Below, in pieces: positions 1 to 9,566 of a stretch of 64,000 nt of DNA. The stretch covers positions 857,880 through 921,879 of the forward strand of contig CAVVTV010000024.1 in NCBI GenBank assembly GCA_963751215.1. Direction: 5' to 3'. Below the pieces are notes generated by a model, which searched no databases, was not told where the DNA came from, and saw only the letters and a list, made by a program, of their open reading frames with translations. The position numbers were made by a program, and so were the translations under genes. Numbering within the stretch: the first letter of the stretch is position 1; each line of letters begins with the position of its first letter. The stretch is from an uncultured Thermoleophilia bacterium. Lineage in GTDB: Bacteria; Actinomycetota; Thermoleophilia; UBA2241.

Positions 1-15
1 TGCCGCCGGCGGTGC

Positions 16-90
16 TGGCTGGGGCGGGAGGATTCGAACCTCCGAATGCCGGGACCAAAACCCGGTGCCTTACCGCTTGGCTACGCCCCA
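16..90 (-). tRNA. tRNA-Gln (anticodon UUG), 75 nt including encoded CCA
   Basis: Reverse complement TGGGGCGTAGCCAAGCGGTAAGGCACCGGGTTTTGGTCCCGGCATTCGGAGGTTCGAATCCTCCCGCCCCAGCCA folds as a cloverleaf: 7-bp acceptor stem with U1:A72, TTCGAAT T-loop, anticodon loop TTTTGGT. Confidence 0.85.
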
Positions 91-164
91 GCGCCTGGCG
101 GCGAGGGACGTTGCACCCAGCTCGCCGCCACCCGCCACCCGCCGCTGGACGGCACGATATTCTA

Positions 165-1148
165 TCACCCGTGCCGGCGGCCGCGCGGCGCGACCGGACG
201 TGGCGGCGAGCCCGGTTGCAGGTCGGTGACGTACCAGGCGCGGGCCGGCGCCAGCGCCGCCCGCGCCCTCACGGCCGCGCCCTCACTCGCGAACACGCCG
301 AACACGGCGGCGCCGCTGCCGGTCATGGCCGCGACCAGTGCACCCTGGTCGCGCAGCCGGTCGCGCAGCGCACCCACCGGCGGCCGGCGCGCCACCACGG
401 CGACTTCAAGGTCGTTATGAACGAGCGGCGCCAGGTCGGCCACCGTCGCGGCCGTCTGGAACGCCTCCGAGAGCCGCCGCGCGCGCCCTGCGAAGGTGGC
501 CAGACGCCCCTCGACGGCAGCATCCCCCTCGTCGTGCCAGCGATATACGGCGGCCGTGCTCAAGGCCAGCTCGGGCATGGCGATAAGCAGATGAAGCGGG
601 GGCAGGCCGATGGGCTTGAGCACCTGTCCGCGACCCATGGCGAGCTGCGCCCCGGGCCAGAGGAAGAACGGTACGTCCGAGCCCACGGTGGCGGCGACCT
701 CGTACCGCACCCGCAGCGAAAGGTCGAGGCCGAAGAGCCGCTCGAGGGCCACCAGCGTGGCGGCCGCGTCTGAGCTCCCGCCCCCCAGGCCGCCCCCGTG
801 CGGGATCTGCTTGGTGATGGTCACGCGCACCTCGAAGGTGCGTTGCAAGCGGGCCTCGAGCTCGCGGACCAGCTTGGCGGCCAGGTTCTGCTCGCCGGGC
901 GCTACGGCGCAGACCACGTCCAGCCCGGCACCCGGCGTGCGTTCTACCGTCACCCTGTCGGCCAGCGTCACGGGCACCATCACCGAGGCGATCTCGTGGT
1001 AGCCGTCCGGGCGTGGCGGACCCACGAGCAACGCCAGGTTGAGCTTGGCGGGCGCCACGACCGCAGTCGCGATGGCTGCACCATCGACGCCACTCAACCC
1101 GCGCTCTCCTCCGTCGGCCACCCGAGGCAGTGAGCGAACCCGAGCCAC
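165..1148 (-). CDS. ispE: 4-diphosphocytidyl-2-C-methyl-D-erythritol kinase (MEP pathway)
   Basis: Translation carries the GHMP-kinase/IspE hallmarks (PAKLNLAL..DGYHEI, GGGLGGGSSDAAA). True start may be the internal GTG near 1058, since the longest ORF overlaps ksgA. Confidence 0.8.
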   Translation of the reverse strand: MARVRSLPRVADGGERGLSGVDGAAIATAVVAPAKLNLALLVGPPRPDGYHEIASVMVPVTLADRVTVERTPGAGLDVVCAVAPGEQNLAAKLVRELEARLQRTFEVRVTITKQIPHGGGLGGGSSDAAATLVALERLFGLDLSLRVRYEVAATVGSDVPFFLWPGAQLAMGRGQVLKPIGLPPLHLLIAMPELALSTAAVYRWHDEGDAAVEGRLATFAGRARRLSEAFQTAATVADLAPLVHNDLEVAVVARRPPVGALRDRLRDQGALVAAMTGSGAAVFGVFASEGAAVRARAALAPARAWYVTDLQPGSPPRPVAPRGRRHG

Positions 1149-1972
1149 TGCTGCGGCGAGAGCTCCTCGGGCCGGGCCGCCGGCGGCAGACCAAGCTCTC
1201 CGAGGGCGCGGCGCACATCGTCGCGCGCCAGGGTGACCCCGCCGCGCGCCGCGCCGGCCAGCGAGTTGGTGAGCATCTTGCGGCGCTGGCCGAACGCCAG
1301 CCGCACGAGGTGGTCGAGGGCCGCGTACTCCCCGGGCGTCGCCCCCGGCGCGCGCCCGAACGTGATGAAGCTCGAGGCGACCCGCGGCGGGGGCCGGAAG
1401 GCGGTCGGCGGCACCGCGCGAACCTGCTCGCGGCGACAGGCAAGCTGGACGAGCACGGAGACCGCCGAGTAAGCCTTGGTGGACGGCGTCGCGAAGAGGC
1501 GCTCGCCGAGCTCCCTCTGCACCATCACGGCCCAGCGCTGCAGCAGCGGAAGGCCGGCGATCGTGGTCATGATGAGCGGGATGGCGATGTTGTAGGCAAG
1601 ATTGGCGGCCAGCACCGTGGCCGGCGGATCGAGCGCGGTCAGGTCTGCCTTGAGGGCGTCGCCGGCGTGCACCCGCAAGTTGTCGTGAGCCGCCGCCAGG
1701 CGCGCCAGACGAGCCTCGTAGCGATGGTCGACCTCAAACGCGTGCACGATCCGGGCGCGTTGCAGCAGCGGGCGGGTGAGCTGCCCGTCGGCCGCGCCCA
1801 CCTCGAGCACCACATCGCCGGCCTCCACGGCGGCCTGCAGGACGATCGCCCGCAGGATGTTGCCGTCGACCAGGTGATTCTGCCCGTAGCGGTGCAGGGC
1901 ATGAGGCCGCGGGGGGCGACTGCGGTCGCCCGCGGCCTGCTCGCCGGCGCTCGGCGCGGGCGCGCTCAGCAC
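1094..1972 (-). CDS. rsmA: 16S rRNA (adenine1518/1519-N6)-dimethyltransferase
   Basis: YGQNHLVD..VLEVGAADGQLT..LAANLAYNIA motifs of KsgA/RsmA; conserved tatD-ksgA-ispE order. Confidence 0.85.
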   Translation of the reverse strand: MLSAPAPSAGEQAAGDRSRPPRPHALHRYGQNHLVDGNILRAIVLQAAVEAGDVVLEVGAADGQLTRPLLQRARIVHAFEVDHRYEARLARLAAAHDNLRVHAGDALKADLTALDPPATVLAANLAYNIAIPLIMTTIAGLPLLQRWAVMVQRELGERLFATPSTKAYSAVSVLVQLACRREQVRAVPPTAFRPPPRVASSFITFGRAPGATPGEYAALDHLVRLAFGQRRKMLTNSLAGAARGGVTLARDDVRRALGELGLPPAARPEELSPQQWLGFAHCLGWPTEESAG

Positions 1973-2730
1973 CCGGCCTCCAGGCCGAAGGCGCGGCGCG
2001 CGTTAGCCGTGGTAACCTCGGCGACCCGCAGCGCGTCCCAACCGCGGACCTCGCCGATCACGGCCGCGGTATGCACCACCCAGGCCGGCACGTTGCTGTT
2101 GCCACGGTTCGGCACGGGCGCAAGAAACGGCGCGTCTGTCTCTACCATGAGACGGTCGCTGCGCACGCGTTCCGCCGCGGTCCGCAACTCGCCGGCGTTC
2201 TTGTACGTCACGTTGCCGGCGAAGCTCGCGTAGTAACCGCGCTGGTTGCATTCATCGACGTACTGCGGCAGAGAGAAGCAGTGCATGATGACAGTAAGAT
2301 CGGCAGCCTCGTGGCCGAGCTGCGCCATAGCCTCGTCACCGGCTGCCCTCACGTGCACCATCAGGGGCAGGTCGGCACGGCGCGCCAGCTCGATCTGAAC
2401 GCTGAGAGCACGGCGCTGCGCGTCGTGCGACGCGAGGTCGCGGTAGTAGTCCAGGCCGCACTCGCCAACGGCCACCACCCGCGCCTGAGTCGCCAAGACC
2501 TCGAGCTCGGCAAGCTGGGCGTCGTCGAGCGCCTCGGCCTCGTGGGGATGCACGCCCACGGTGGCGTAGACGCCCGGGAGCCTCGCGGCAAGATCGATGG
2601 CGCGCCGCGAGCTGGCCACATCGATGCCGACGCTCACCACGGTCTGCACGCCGGCCGCGCGCGCCTGCGCCGCGGCAACGTCGACGTCATCGATCATGTC
2701 GAGGTGGCAGTGGGAGTCGACGAGGCTCAT
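1966..2730 (-). CDS. tatD: TatD-family metal-dependent DNase/hydrolase
   Basis: SLVDSHCHLD.. and ..ETDAPFL.. TatD signatures; ORF track extends to 2739, probable start MSLVD. Confidence 0.8.
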   Translation of the reverse strand: MSLVDSHCHLDMIDDVDVAAAQARAAGVQTVVSVGIDVASSRRAIDLAARLPGVYATVGVHPHEAEALDDAQLAELEVLATQARVVAVGECGLDYYRDLASHDAQRRALSVQIELARRADLPLMVHVRAAGDEAMAQLGHEAADLTVIMHCFSLPQYVDECNQRGYYASFAGNVTYKNAGELRTAAERVRSDRLMVETDAPFLAPVPNRGNSNVPAWVVHTAAVIGEVRGWDALRVAEVTTANARRAFGLEAGC

Positions 2731-2787
2731 TGACCGCAACGGCTCATCGGCAGTGTGGGAGGAGGCTCGAGCACTGCCACAGCCGCC

Positions 2788-4317
2788 TCAGGCGCCGGCC
2801 TCGAGGCGGGGAAACAGCGGCGGCGCGAGCACCACGGGGGCCGCGGTCAGGCCACCCCAGATGGCCTTCTCGAGCAGTAGATCGGCGTCGCCGCGAGCCT
2901 GGCCGAGGCGTCGCAGGATCTCCTCGGCGGTCCCCGGGATGACGGGGTGAATCGCCAGGGCCACAAGACGTAGGCCGGCCGCCAAGGCGCGCAGCACGCC
3001 ATCCAGACGATCTGCTTGCGCCTCGTCCTTGGCAAGCTTCCACGGCGCCTCTTCTTCCACCAGCTTGTTGAGGCGCCGCACGTACTCCCACACGCTTTCG
3101 ATCGCGGCCGTGACCTCCACGGCGTCGTACTGCTCCGCGGCGGCGCGCACCATCGCCTCTCCCTGAGCAGCCACCGCCCGCAGATTCTCACCTTCAGGTA
3201 CAGATTGAGGCAGCACTCCCCCGCGGTACTTGCCGATCATGCTCACCGTGCGACTCACGAGGTTGCCGAGCTCGTTGGCCAGCTCGCTGTTGTAGCGGCC
3301 CTGGAAGCCTTCGAGGCTGATGACTCCGTCCTGCCCGAGAGCGACCTCGCGCATGAGGTAGTAACGCAGTGGGTCGATGCCGTACTGCTCCATCACGGCA
3401 AACGGGTCGAGCACGTTGCCGCGCGTCTTGCTCATCTTCTCGCCGCTCATGAGCAGGTACCCGTGGATGAACTCGCCGCGAGGCAGCGAGTAGCCGGCGC
3501 TCATGAGCAGCGCGGGCCAGATCACGGCGTGGAACTTGAGGATGTCTTTGGCGAGCAGGTGGTAGACCACCGGCCAGTATCTGTCGCTGAGATCGTCTCC
3601 TGGCCGCGCGTAGGTGAGCGCCGACAGGTAGTTGATGAGGGCGTCCACCCACACGTAGATGACCTGCTCACCGTCCCAGGGTACCGGGACGCCCCAGGTG
3701 ATGCTGGAACGGCTGATCGAGATATCTTCGAGGCCTTGTGCGATGAAGCTCAGCGCCTCGTTGTAGCGCGACCTGGGCTTGACCAGCTCGGGGTTGGCGC
3801 GAAACAGCTCGCTCAGCCTGTCTTCGTATCTGCTGAGCAGGAAGTAGTAGTTCTCCTCCTCGAGCCAGGTCGGCGCGGTGTGGTGAATGGGGCACGTGCC
3901 GTCTACCAGATCGCGCTCGTAGTAGAAGGCCTCACAGGCGGTGCAATAGAGGCCACCGTAGGTGCGCTTCTCGATATCGCCGGAGGCCTTGAGCCGCTCT
4001 ACGAACCGCTGCACGAAGGCCTCGTGCTCGGGGTCCGTGGTGCGGATGAAGAAATCGTTCGTGGCGTTGAGGCGGCGGGCCAGCTCTTTGAAGCGTGGCG
4101 CCAGCTGGTCGACGTGCTGCCGAGGTGTAAGGCCCCGGTCGGCTGCGGCTTGGGCAACCTTGTTGCCGTGCTCGTCGACCCCGGTAAGAAAGAAGACGTC
4201 GTCGCCCTTCTGCCGGTGGTAACGCGCCAACACGTCGGCGGCGATGGTCGTGTAAGCATGCCCCAGGTGGGGCTCGCCGTTCACATAGTAGATGGGCGTG
4301 GTGACGTAGTAGCGCAC
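2788..4317 (-). CDS. metG: methionyl-tRNA synthetase
   Basis: HLGHAYT (HIGH) and KMSKTRGN (KMSKS) class I aaRS motifs; N-terminus MRYYVTTPIYYVNG typical of MetRS. Confidence 0.9.
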   Translation of the reverse strand: MRYYVTTPIYYVNGEPHLGHAYTTIAADVLARYHRQKGDDVFFLTGVDEHGNKVAQAAADRGLTPRQHVDQLAPRFKELARRLNATNDFFIRTTDPEHEAFVQRFVERLKASGDIEKRTYGGLYCTACEAFYYERDLVDGTCPIHHTAPTWLEEENYYFLLSRYEDRLSELFRANPELVKPRSRYNEALSFIAQGLEDISISRSSITWGVPVPWDGEQVIYVWVDALINYLSALTYARPGDDLSDRYWPVVYHLLAKDILKFHAVIWPALLMSAGYSLPRGEFIHGYLLMSGEKMSKTRGNVLDPFAVMEQYGIDPLRYYLMREVALGQDGVISLEGFQGRYNSELANELGNLVSRTVSMIGKYRGGVLPQSVPEGENLRAVAAQGEAMVRAAAEQYDAVEVTAAIESVWEYVRRLNKLVEEEAPWKLAKDEAQADRLDGVLRALAAGLRLVALAIHPVIPGTAEEILRRLGQARGDADLLLEKAIWGGLTAAPVVLAPPLFPRLEAGA

Positions 4318-4344
4318 GAGGCTAGTGTACCGCAGAAAGCGCCC

Positions 4345-4917
4345 TCAGCCGGCGCGGCCAGACTGCTTGGCCGCCTGACCGTAACCCCCGAGACGCTCGC
4401 CCAGCGACCAGTACTCACCCTCCACGAAGGCCATCGCCTCGAGCCCCGCCGTCTGCAGCCTGCCACGGGCGTCGAGCAGCTCCTCGTCGTAGTGCGTGGC
4501 CACGATCTCGGCGATGTACAGGTCGTGTGCCCCCAGAGCGAGCTGATGGCGCACCACACACTCGATGTTGATGGGGCACTCCGCCACCAGCGGCGCGCTG
4601 ACCTCCTGGGCCGGCATTTCGGTGAGCCCGAGCTCACGGAACTTGTCGTGGTCGCGGCCCGACCACACGCCGGCAAGGTCCACCTCGGCGAGCTGGCCGG
4701 CGCGCGGTACGTTGACGACGAACTCTCTCGCCAGGTCTACCAGGCCGTGCGAAAACCGTGTCGGCCGGATGGAGACGCTCAGCATCGGCGGTGACGAGCA
4801 CACCGTGCCCACCCAGGCGAGGGTGATCAAGTTGGGGCGATCGTGCTCCCCAGCCACGCTGAGAAGCACGATGGGTGTGGGCAGCGGCGCGGTCGACGGT
4901 TTTCGGACGATCTTCAT
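4345..4917 (-). CDS. flavin reductase-like FMN-binding domain protein
   Basis: Internal ATG at 4917 (MKIVRKP..) preceded by a GAGGAGG RBS; flavin-reductase-like domain (PIVLLSV..NLITLAW..). Upstream part of the 305-aa ORF is likely non-coding. Confidence 0.6.
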   Translation of the reverse strand: MKIVRKPSTAPLPTPIVLLSVAGEHDRPNLITLAWVGTVCSSPPMLSVSIRPTRFSHGLVDLAREFVVNVPRAGQLAEVDLAGVWSGRDHDKFRELGLTEMPAQEVSAPLVAECPINIECVVRHQLALGAHDLYIAEIVATHYDEELLDARGRLQTAGLEAMAFVEGEYWSLGERLGGYGQAAKQSGRAG

Positions 4918-5026
4918 GCGGGCCTCCTCGGTAGGTGCGAATGGCATCCTACCCCCTCGTGAGAAACGCAAAGCGGTAGCATCCGTGCCACGACATTCGT
5001 ACAATGAGGCCGTCGAAGGGAGGGGC

Positions 5027-5500
5027 ATGCGCGGGCAGGCATTGGACAAGATCGATATCGGGATCATCACGCACCTGCAGCAGGACGGCCGCCGGGCGTT
5101 CACCACCATCGCGAAGCACCTGGGGATCTCGGAAGCGAGCGTGCGCCAGCGCGTGGCGCGGTTGCTGCGCGCCAGCGTGATCCAGATCGTCGCGGTAAGC
5201 AGCCCTCTCGATCTGGGGCTCATCTGGGCGCAGGTCAACCTGCGTGTCGCCGGCCAGCGCATCGAGGCGGTCGCCAGCGAGGTAGCCGAGCTGCCGCAGG
5301 TAGACTACGTGAGCATCTGCGCCGGCAACTTCGACATCATCGTCGGCGTGGTGGCCCATGATCGCGAGGAGCTCATGGACGTGCTGGTCAACCACATACG
5401 CACGATCCCCGGCGTGCAGCACGCCGAGTTCCTGCTGAACCTCAAGATCCTCAAAGACAACTACGAGTGGTCACCGGTGGAGAGTCCGGAGCGCGCCTAG
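5027..5500 (+). CDS. Lrp/AsnC-family transcriptional regulator
   Basis: N-terminal HTH (LDKIDIGIITHLQQDGRRAFTTIAKHLGISEASVRQRV) plus C-terminal RAM/AsnC_trans domain; ATG at 5027 with GGGAGGGG RBS. Confidence 0.8.
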   Translation: MRGQALDKIDIGIITHLQQDGRRAFTTIAKHLGISEASVRQRVARLLRASVIQIVAVSSPLDLGLIWAQVNLRVAGQRIEAVASEVAELPQVDYVSICAGNFDIIVGVVAHDREELMDVLVNHIRTIPGVQHAEFLLNLKILKDNYEWSPVESPERA

Positions 5501-5539
5501 GCGAGCCCGGACGACGCTCCGCCGGGAGCGAAGGAGCAC

Positions 5540-6496
5540 ATGAGCACCACGCAGATGACGTACGCCGGCGTCGCGACCTTCTTCAAGGCGCCACTCGTGC
5601 CCCGGCCCACCGCGGCCGACGGCGACGTGGCGGTACTGGGCGTGCCCTACGACGAGGGCACCACCAACCGCGCCGGGGCCCGCATGGGCCCGCGGGCCCT
5701 GCGCGAGGCGTCTACCAACTGGGCCTACCGCGACGGCACCACGGCATTCTACGACGGCGAAGCCGACGCGCAGCTCCTCGGCGGCGTGCGCTGGGTCGAC
5801 TGCGGCGATGTAGAGCTGGCTCCCACGCTGTCTCACGAGCGCCGCCACGCGGCCATCGCGGAGCGCCTGCAGCCGATCGTCGCGGCGGGCTTGTTCCCGG
5901 TCACCCTGGGCGGCGACCATTCCATCGCCTACGCGACACTCAAGGCGATCAACCTGGCCCGCGGCGGCGAGCCCTTTGAGCTCGTGCAGTTCGACACCCA
6001 CATGGACTACTGGGACGAGGAGGGCGGCCAGAGGTTTACCCACGCCAGCCCCATCATCCGCGCACACGAAGACGAGCTCGTCGCCGGCATTACCCAGTAC
6101 GGCATCCGCGGCCTTCATACGCCGCGCGACAACATCGCCCTGGCGCTGCGGCGTGGCGTTCATATCTTCTGGTGCGAGCAGACCAAAGACACCCTGGTCG
6201 CCGATCTCGTAGAGCACCTGCGCCCGGGCGCCGACGTGTATGTCACCTTCGATATCGACGCCCTCGACCCATCCATCGCGCCGGGCACCGGCACGCCCGA
6301 GCCCGGCGGCTTCACCTACTACGAGGCCAAGGCGATCCTGCTGGCGGTGGCTGAGCGCTGCAACGTGATCGGCATGGACCTCGTGGAGGTAGCGCCCATG
6401 TACGACGGCCCCGGCCAGCTCACGGCGCTGCACGGCGCGCGGCTGATCCTCGACACGGTGGGCGCGGCGCTACGGGGGCGGGCGACGCGAGGCTAA
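5540..6496 (+). CDS. arginase/agmatinase-family ureohydrolase
   Basis: Ureohydrolase Mn-binding motifs (GGDHSI, DTHMDYWD, TFDIDALDP). Could be agmatinase, guanidinobutyrase or formiminoglutamase. Confidence 0.75.
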   Translation: MSTTQMTYAGVATFFKAPLVPRPTAADGDVAVLGVPYDEGTTNRAGARMGPRALREASTNWAYRDGTTAFYDGEADAQLLGGVRWVDCGDVELAPTLSHERRHAAIAERLQPIVAAGLFPVTLGGDHSIAYATLKAINLARGGEPFELVQFDTHMDYWDEEGGQRFTHASPIIRAHEDELVAGITQYGIRGLHTPRDNIALALRRGVHIFWCEQTKDTLVADLVEHLRPGADVYVTFDIDALDPSIAPGTGTPEPGGFTYYEAKAILLAVAERCNVIGMDLVEVAPMYDGPGQLTALHGARLILDTVGAALRGRATRG

Positions 6497-6515
6497 GAGC
6501 CTATCCCGGTAGGCT

Positions 6516-7400
6516 CTAACGTCTGAGGGCGGCGGCCAGAGCGGCGATAGATTCGGGCGGCGTACCACAGCAGCCGCCGACGATGCCGGCGCCCAGAGCC
6601 GGGTAGCGGCTCACCACCGCGGCGAAGTGCTCGGGCGTCTGGGAATAGACCGTCTCGCCACCCACGAGCTGTGGCTGTCCGGCGTTGGGCTGGGCGTAGG
6701 TCGGCCCGCCGTTGAGCTCCGCCAGAACGGGCACAAGCTCAGTCATTGGCTCGGCGGTGATCTCGCAGTTACAGCCCACGATAAGCGCCCCGGCGTCTTT
6801 GAGGGCGGCCACGGCGGCCTCGGGAGTAACGCCCATCATGGTGCGAAAGCCCCTCGCCGCCGGCTTGAAGGCCAGACTGGCCAGCACCGGCCGCCCGCCG
6901 GCGGCCGACACCGCGGCCTCCACCGCCGCCCGCGCCTCGGTGAGATCGAACATCGTCTCGATGTTGAGCAGGTCTACGCCACCGGCGACGAGCGCCGCCG
7001 CCTGCTCGCCGAACGAGGCCCGTAGAGCCTCGGGCTCGGCTTCGCCCATCGGCTTGACCATGTGCCCGCTGGGGCCGATGTCGCCGGCCACCAAGCGGCC
7101 GGGAAACTCGCGATCGCGCAGGGCGACCGCGAGGCGCGCGCCGGCCTCGTTGAGCTCCACGGCCCGTGCGGCCATGCCATGCGCCTCGAGCCGCAGGCTG
7201 GTGCCCCCGAAGGTGTTGGTGTTCACGATGTCCGAACCGGCAGCGAAGAAGCTGCGGTGAATGTCTTCGACCTCGGCCGCGTGCGAGACGTTCCACTCTT
7301 CCGGACACTCGCCGGCGGTGAAGCCACGCTGCATCAGAGCCAGGCCCAAGCCACCGTCGAGCAGCAGCGTACGTTCACGAATGAGACTCAACAGATCCAT
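6516..7400 (-). CDS. homocysteine S-methyltransferase family protein (MmuM/BHMT-like)
   Basis: Pfam S-methyl_trans-like sequence with C-terminal GGCCGTPP zinc-binding motif. Confidence 0.7.
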   Translation of the reverse strand: MDLLSLIRERTLLLDGGLGLALMQRGFTAGECPEEWNVSHAAEVEDIHRSFFAAGSDIVNTNTFGGTSLRLEAHGMAARAVELNEAGARLAVALRDREFPGRLVAGDIGPSGHMVKPMGEAEPEALRASFGEQAAALVAGGVDLLNIETMFDLTEARAAVEAAVSAAGGRPVLASLAFKPAARGFRTMMGVTPEAAVAALKDAGALIVGCNCEITAEPMTELVPVLAELNGGPTYAQPNAGQPQLVGGETVYSQTPEHFAAVVSRYPALGAGIVGGCCGTPPESIAALAAALRR

Positions 7401-7528
7401 GCACCAAGTTTAGCAGACAGCGGCTGACCCGGGCCGCCCTGCGCCTACCGAGCCGCGCGAGGGCAGCGAGCGCCATCCGCCCCTCCTGCATGCCGGCGCC
7501 ACCGTTCGCAGCTCGAGTCTGCCCGCCC

Positions 7529-8380
7529 TCAGCCCGCCGCCACCGCGCGCACCAGCGCGTCGGCCTCGCGCCGCGGCATCCCCAGACATATATGGAGAGC
7601 CGCCGCCGCATCGCGACGCGACAAGCCGCGGCCCAGCAGCATCGCGGCCGCGGCTCGTGTTTGCGGCCGGGCGGCGGCCGCCTCGTCCAGCGCCTCGCCG
7701 AGGTCGATCACCAGGGTAATCTCCCCCCGCGGCCCGGCCATGGGCCCCGCGTCCGGGCCGGGCAGCGGATACGGCTCAGCGAGCTCCGCCAGCGTGCCGC
7801 GAACGATCTCCTCGTGTACCTTAGTGAGCTCGCGGCACACAGCCGCCCGGGCGCCGGGCAGCGCGGCGGCAAGCACGGCGAGGCTGCGCGCCAGGCGATG
7901 CCCCGTCTCGAAGGCGACCACCATGCCCCCGCAACGACGCCAGCCCCGCAGGGCCCCCTCGAGCTCACGGGTATAGCGCGGCAGGTACCCGACAAAACGA
8001 AAACCCTCACCCTCGTAGCCGGCCGCGACCAGTGCCGTGATCACGGCCGACGGCCCCGGCAGCACCGTAAGCTCGAGGCCCTCGCCGGCGGCGCTCGCCA
8101 CGAGCCGCATGCCCGGGTCCGACACACCCGGCATGCCAGCGTCGCTCACCAGGGCCACATCTCCGCCGTTGCGCAGCAAACGCATGACCTCTTCGGTCTT
8201 CTGCGCCTCGTTGTGCTTGAAGAGGCTCGTCAGAGGCGTATGGATGTCGAAGTGGCTGAGCAGCTTGCGCGTGTGACGGGTGTCTTCAGCGGCCACCAGC
8301 TCCACGGCCCGCAGCGTGTCGAGCACGCGGGCGCTCACGTCGGCCAGGTTGCCGATGGGCGTGGCGCACACATACAACAT
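7529..8380 (-). CDS. rsmI: 16S rRNA (cytidine1402-2'-O)-methyltransferase
   Basis: Tetrapyrrole-methylase-like fold with MLYVCATPIGNL..AAEDTR..ALVSDAGMPGVSDPG; ATG at 8380 preceded by AGGAGG. Confidence 0.85.
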   Translation of the reverse strand: MLYVCATPIGNLADVSARVLDTLRAVELVAAEDTRHTRKLLSHFDIHTPLTSLFKHNEAQKTEEVMRLLRNGGDVALVSDAGMPGVSDPGMRLVASAAGEGLELTVLPGPSAVITALVAAGYEGEGFRFVGYLPRYTRELEGALRGWRRCGGMVVAFETGHRLARSLAVLAAALPGARAAVCRELTKVHEEIVRGTLAELAEPYPLPGPDAGPMAGPRGEITLVIDLGEALDEAAAARPQTRAAAAMLLGRGLSRRDAAAALHICLGMPRREADALVRAVAAG

Positions 8381-8391
8381 GCCGCACCTCC

Positions 8392-8904
8392 TTAGAGAAA
8401 TCGCTCGACGAACACTACGTCCACGTACCGCGCCCCCACTCGTGCTTGCCGGCCCGCCGTCCCGACCACCGTGAACCCGAGGCTGAGATAGTAGGACAGC
8501 GACCCCGGGTTGTCGGCGCGAACCTCGGTGAAGACCTTCTCGAAGCGCAGCTCCCGGGCGAGCGCGAACGACGCCTGCGCGAGACGCCCGCCGAGGCCAC
8601 GCCGGCGATGCCGCTCGGTCACATACGTGCCCATCGTTGCCACGTGCTCGCACACGTGACCGGCAAGGCCTGCCCAGGGTTCCAGCGACTGAAAGGCCAC
8701 GATCCCCTGGGCCGGCATCTCGGCAACGTGAATGAAAGCCCGCTCGGGCAGGGCCGCGATGTACTCCCTCTCAGCGTCGTCGCTGAACGGGGTGTCGAGA
8801 AGGCTGTGACGGCCGCCGGCGATGACTTCGTTGAGCACTGCGGCCACGCCGCCGGCATCGTCAATGGTCGCCCTGCGAACGGTCGGCCGCGGCGCCTCAC
8901 TCAC
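8392..8904 (-). CDS. GNAT-family N-acetyltransferase (Pat/Bar-like)
   Basis: Acetyl-CoA binding motif (RRRGLGGRL) and GNAT fold; sits directly upstream of rsmI on the same strand. Confidence 0.7.
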   Translation of the reverse strand: MSEAPRPTVRRATIDDAGGVAAVLNEVIAGGRHSLLDTPFSDDAEREYIAALPERAFIHVAEMPAQGIVAFQSLEPWAGLAGHVCEHVATMGTYVTERHRRRGLGGRLAQASFALARELRFEKVFTEVRADNPGSLSYYLSLGFTVVGTAGRQARVGARYVDVVFVERFL

Positions 8905-9068
8905 GTGGCCTGCGCCGCACGATGAGTCACGGTCCCTCCCCTCCGCCGCGTTGCCTGAAAAGACAACGCTCGTGCAGCAACGCGCCTGGGGGTTTCACCC
9001 CATCATGCCGGCCGCAGGATCGATTGGCGCCCCTTGGAGGGATCATACTGGTTGTCGAAAGTAGGCGC

Positions 9069-9273
9069 CATGACGTTGGAGTACATAGTCTGCAGCGAGT
9101 GCGGCGCGGAGTTCCACGTTGACCCCTTCGCGGAACACGCGGCCGAGATGGTCGCGTGCCCGCGCTGCGGCACCGTCGCTCTCGGTGCCGAGCCTGTGGA
9201 AGACGTGATCCTGCACATCCACCGCGCCGTGTGCGAGCCGGCCGAGCCGGAGCTTCCGCGACTCACGGCCTAG
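9069..9273 (+). CDS. small zinc-ribbon protein (CxxC...CxxC)
   Basis: MTLEYIVCSECGAEFHV...ACPRCGTV; 68 aa from an internal ATG. Confidence 0.4.
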
Positions 9274-9566
9274 CGTGCAGAGGGTTCCGTCTTCAAGAGG
9301 CCGGAGGCCACTGCGGTCTGTTGATGCACGTGGGCCGCCGGCGGCGGGCCGGAGCGTCGGGGGGCGTGGGCATCGCAGGGGCCTTGCGCCCCGGCCCGGT
9401 TGCCGACCAGCAGCAGAAGGGCGAGTGCCCAGAGAACCACCACGAGCAGAGTGAGCAGCCGCCCGAGGCCCAGAGACATGTGGTGTCGCGCCATCCCCAT
9501 ACGACGGGTATCGACGGATTCGCCTGATTCATTACCGTTACGGAGCCGGTTGCCGCGCTGGTACAT
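9270..9566 (-). CDS. hypothetical small membrane protein
   Basis: One hydrophobic helix (LLTLLVVVLWALALLLLV); weak evidence, start uncertain. Confidence 0.25.
   Translation of the reverse strand: MYQRGNRLRNGNESGESVDTRRMGMARHHMSLGLGRLLTLLVVVLWALALLLLVGNRAGAQGPCDAHAPRRSGPPPAAHVHQQTAVASGLLKTEPSAR

Noticed and set aside
1-15. Possible 3' fragment of a second tRNA at the extreme left edge
   Set aside because: Only 15 nt available; cannot be evaluated.
415-1443. 342-aa minus-strand ORF overlapping ispE and ksgA in another frame
   Set aside because: Arg-rich GC-noise translation; ispE and ksgA frames have clear family motifs.
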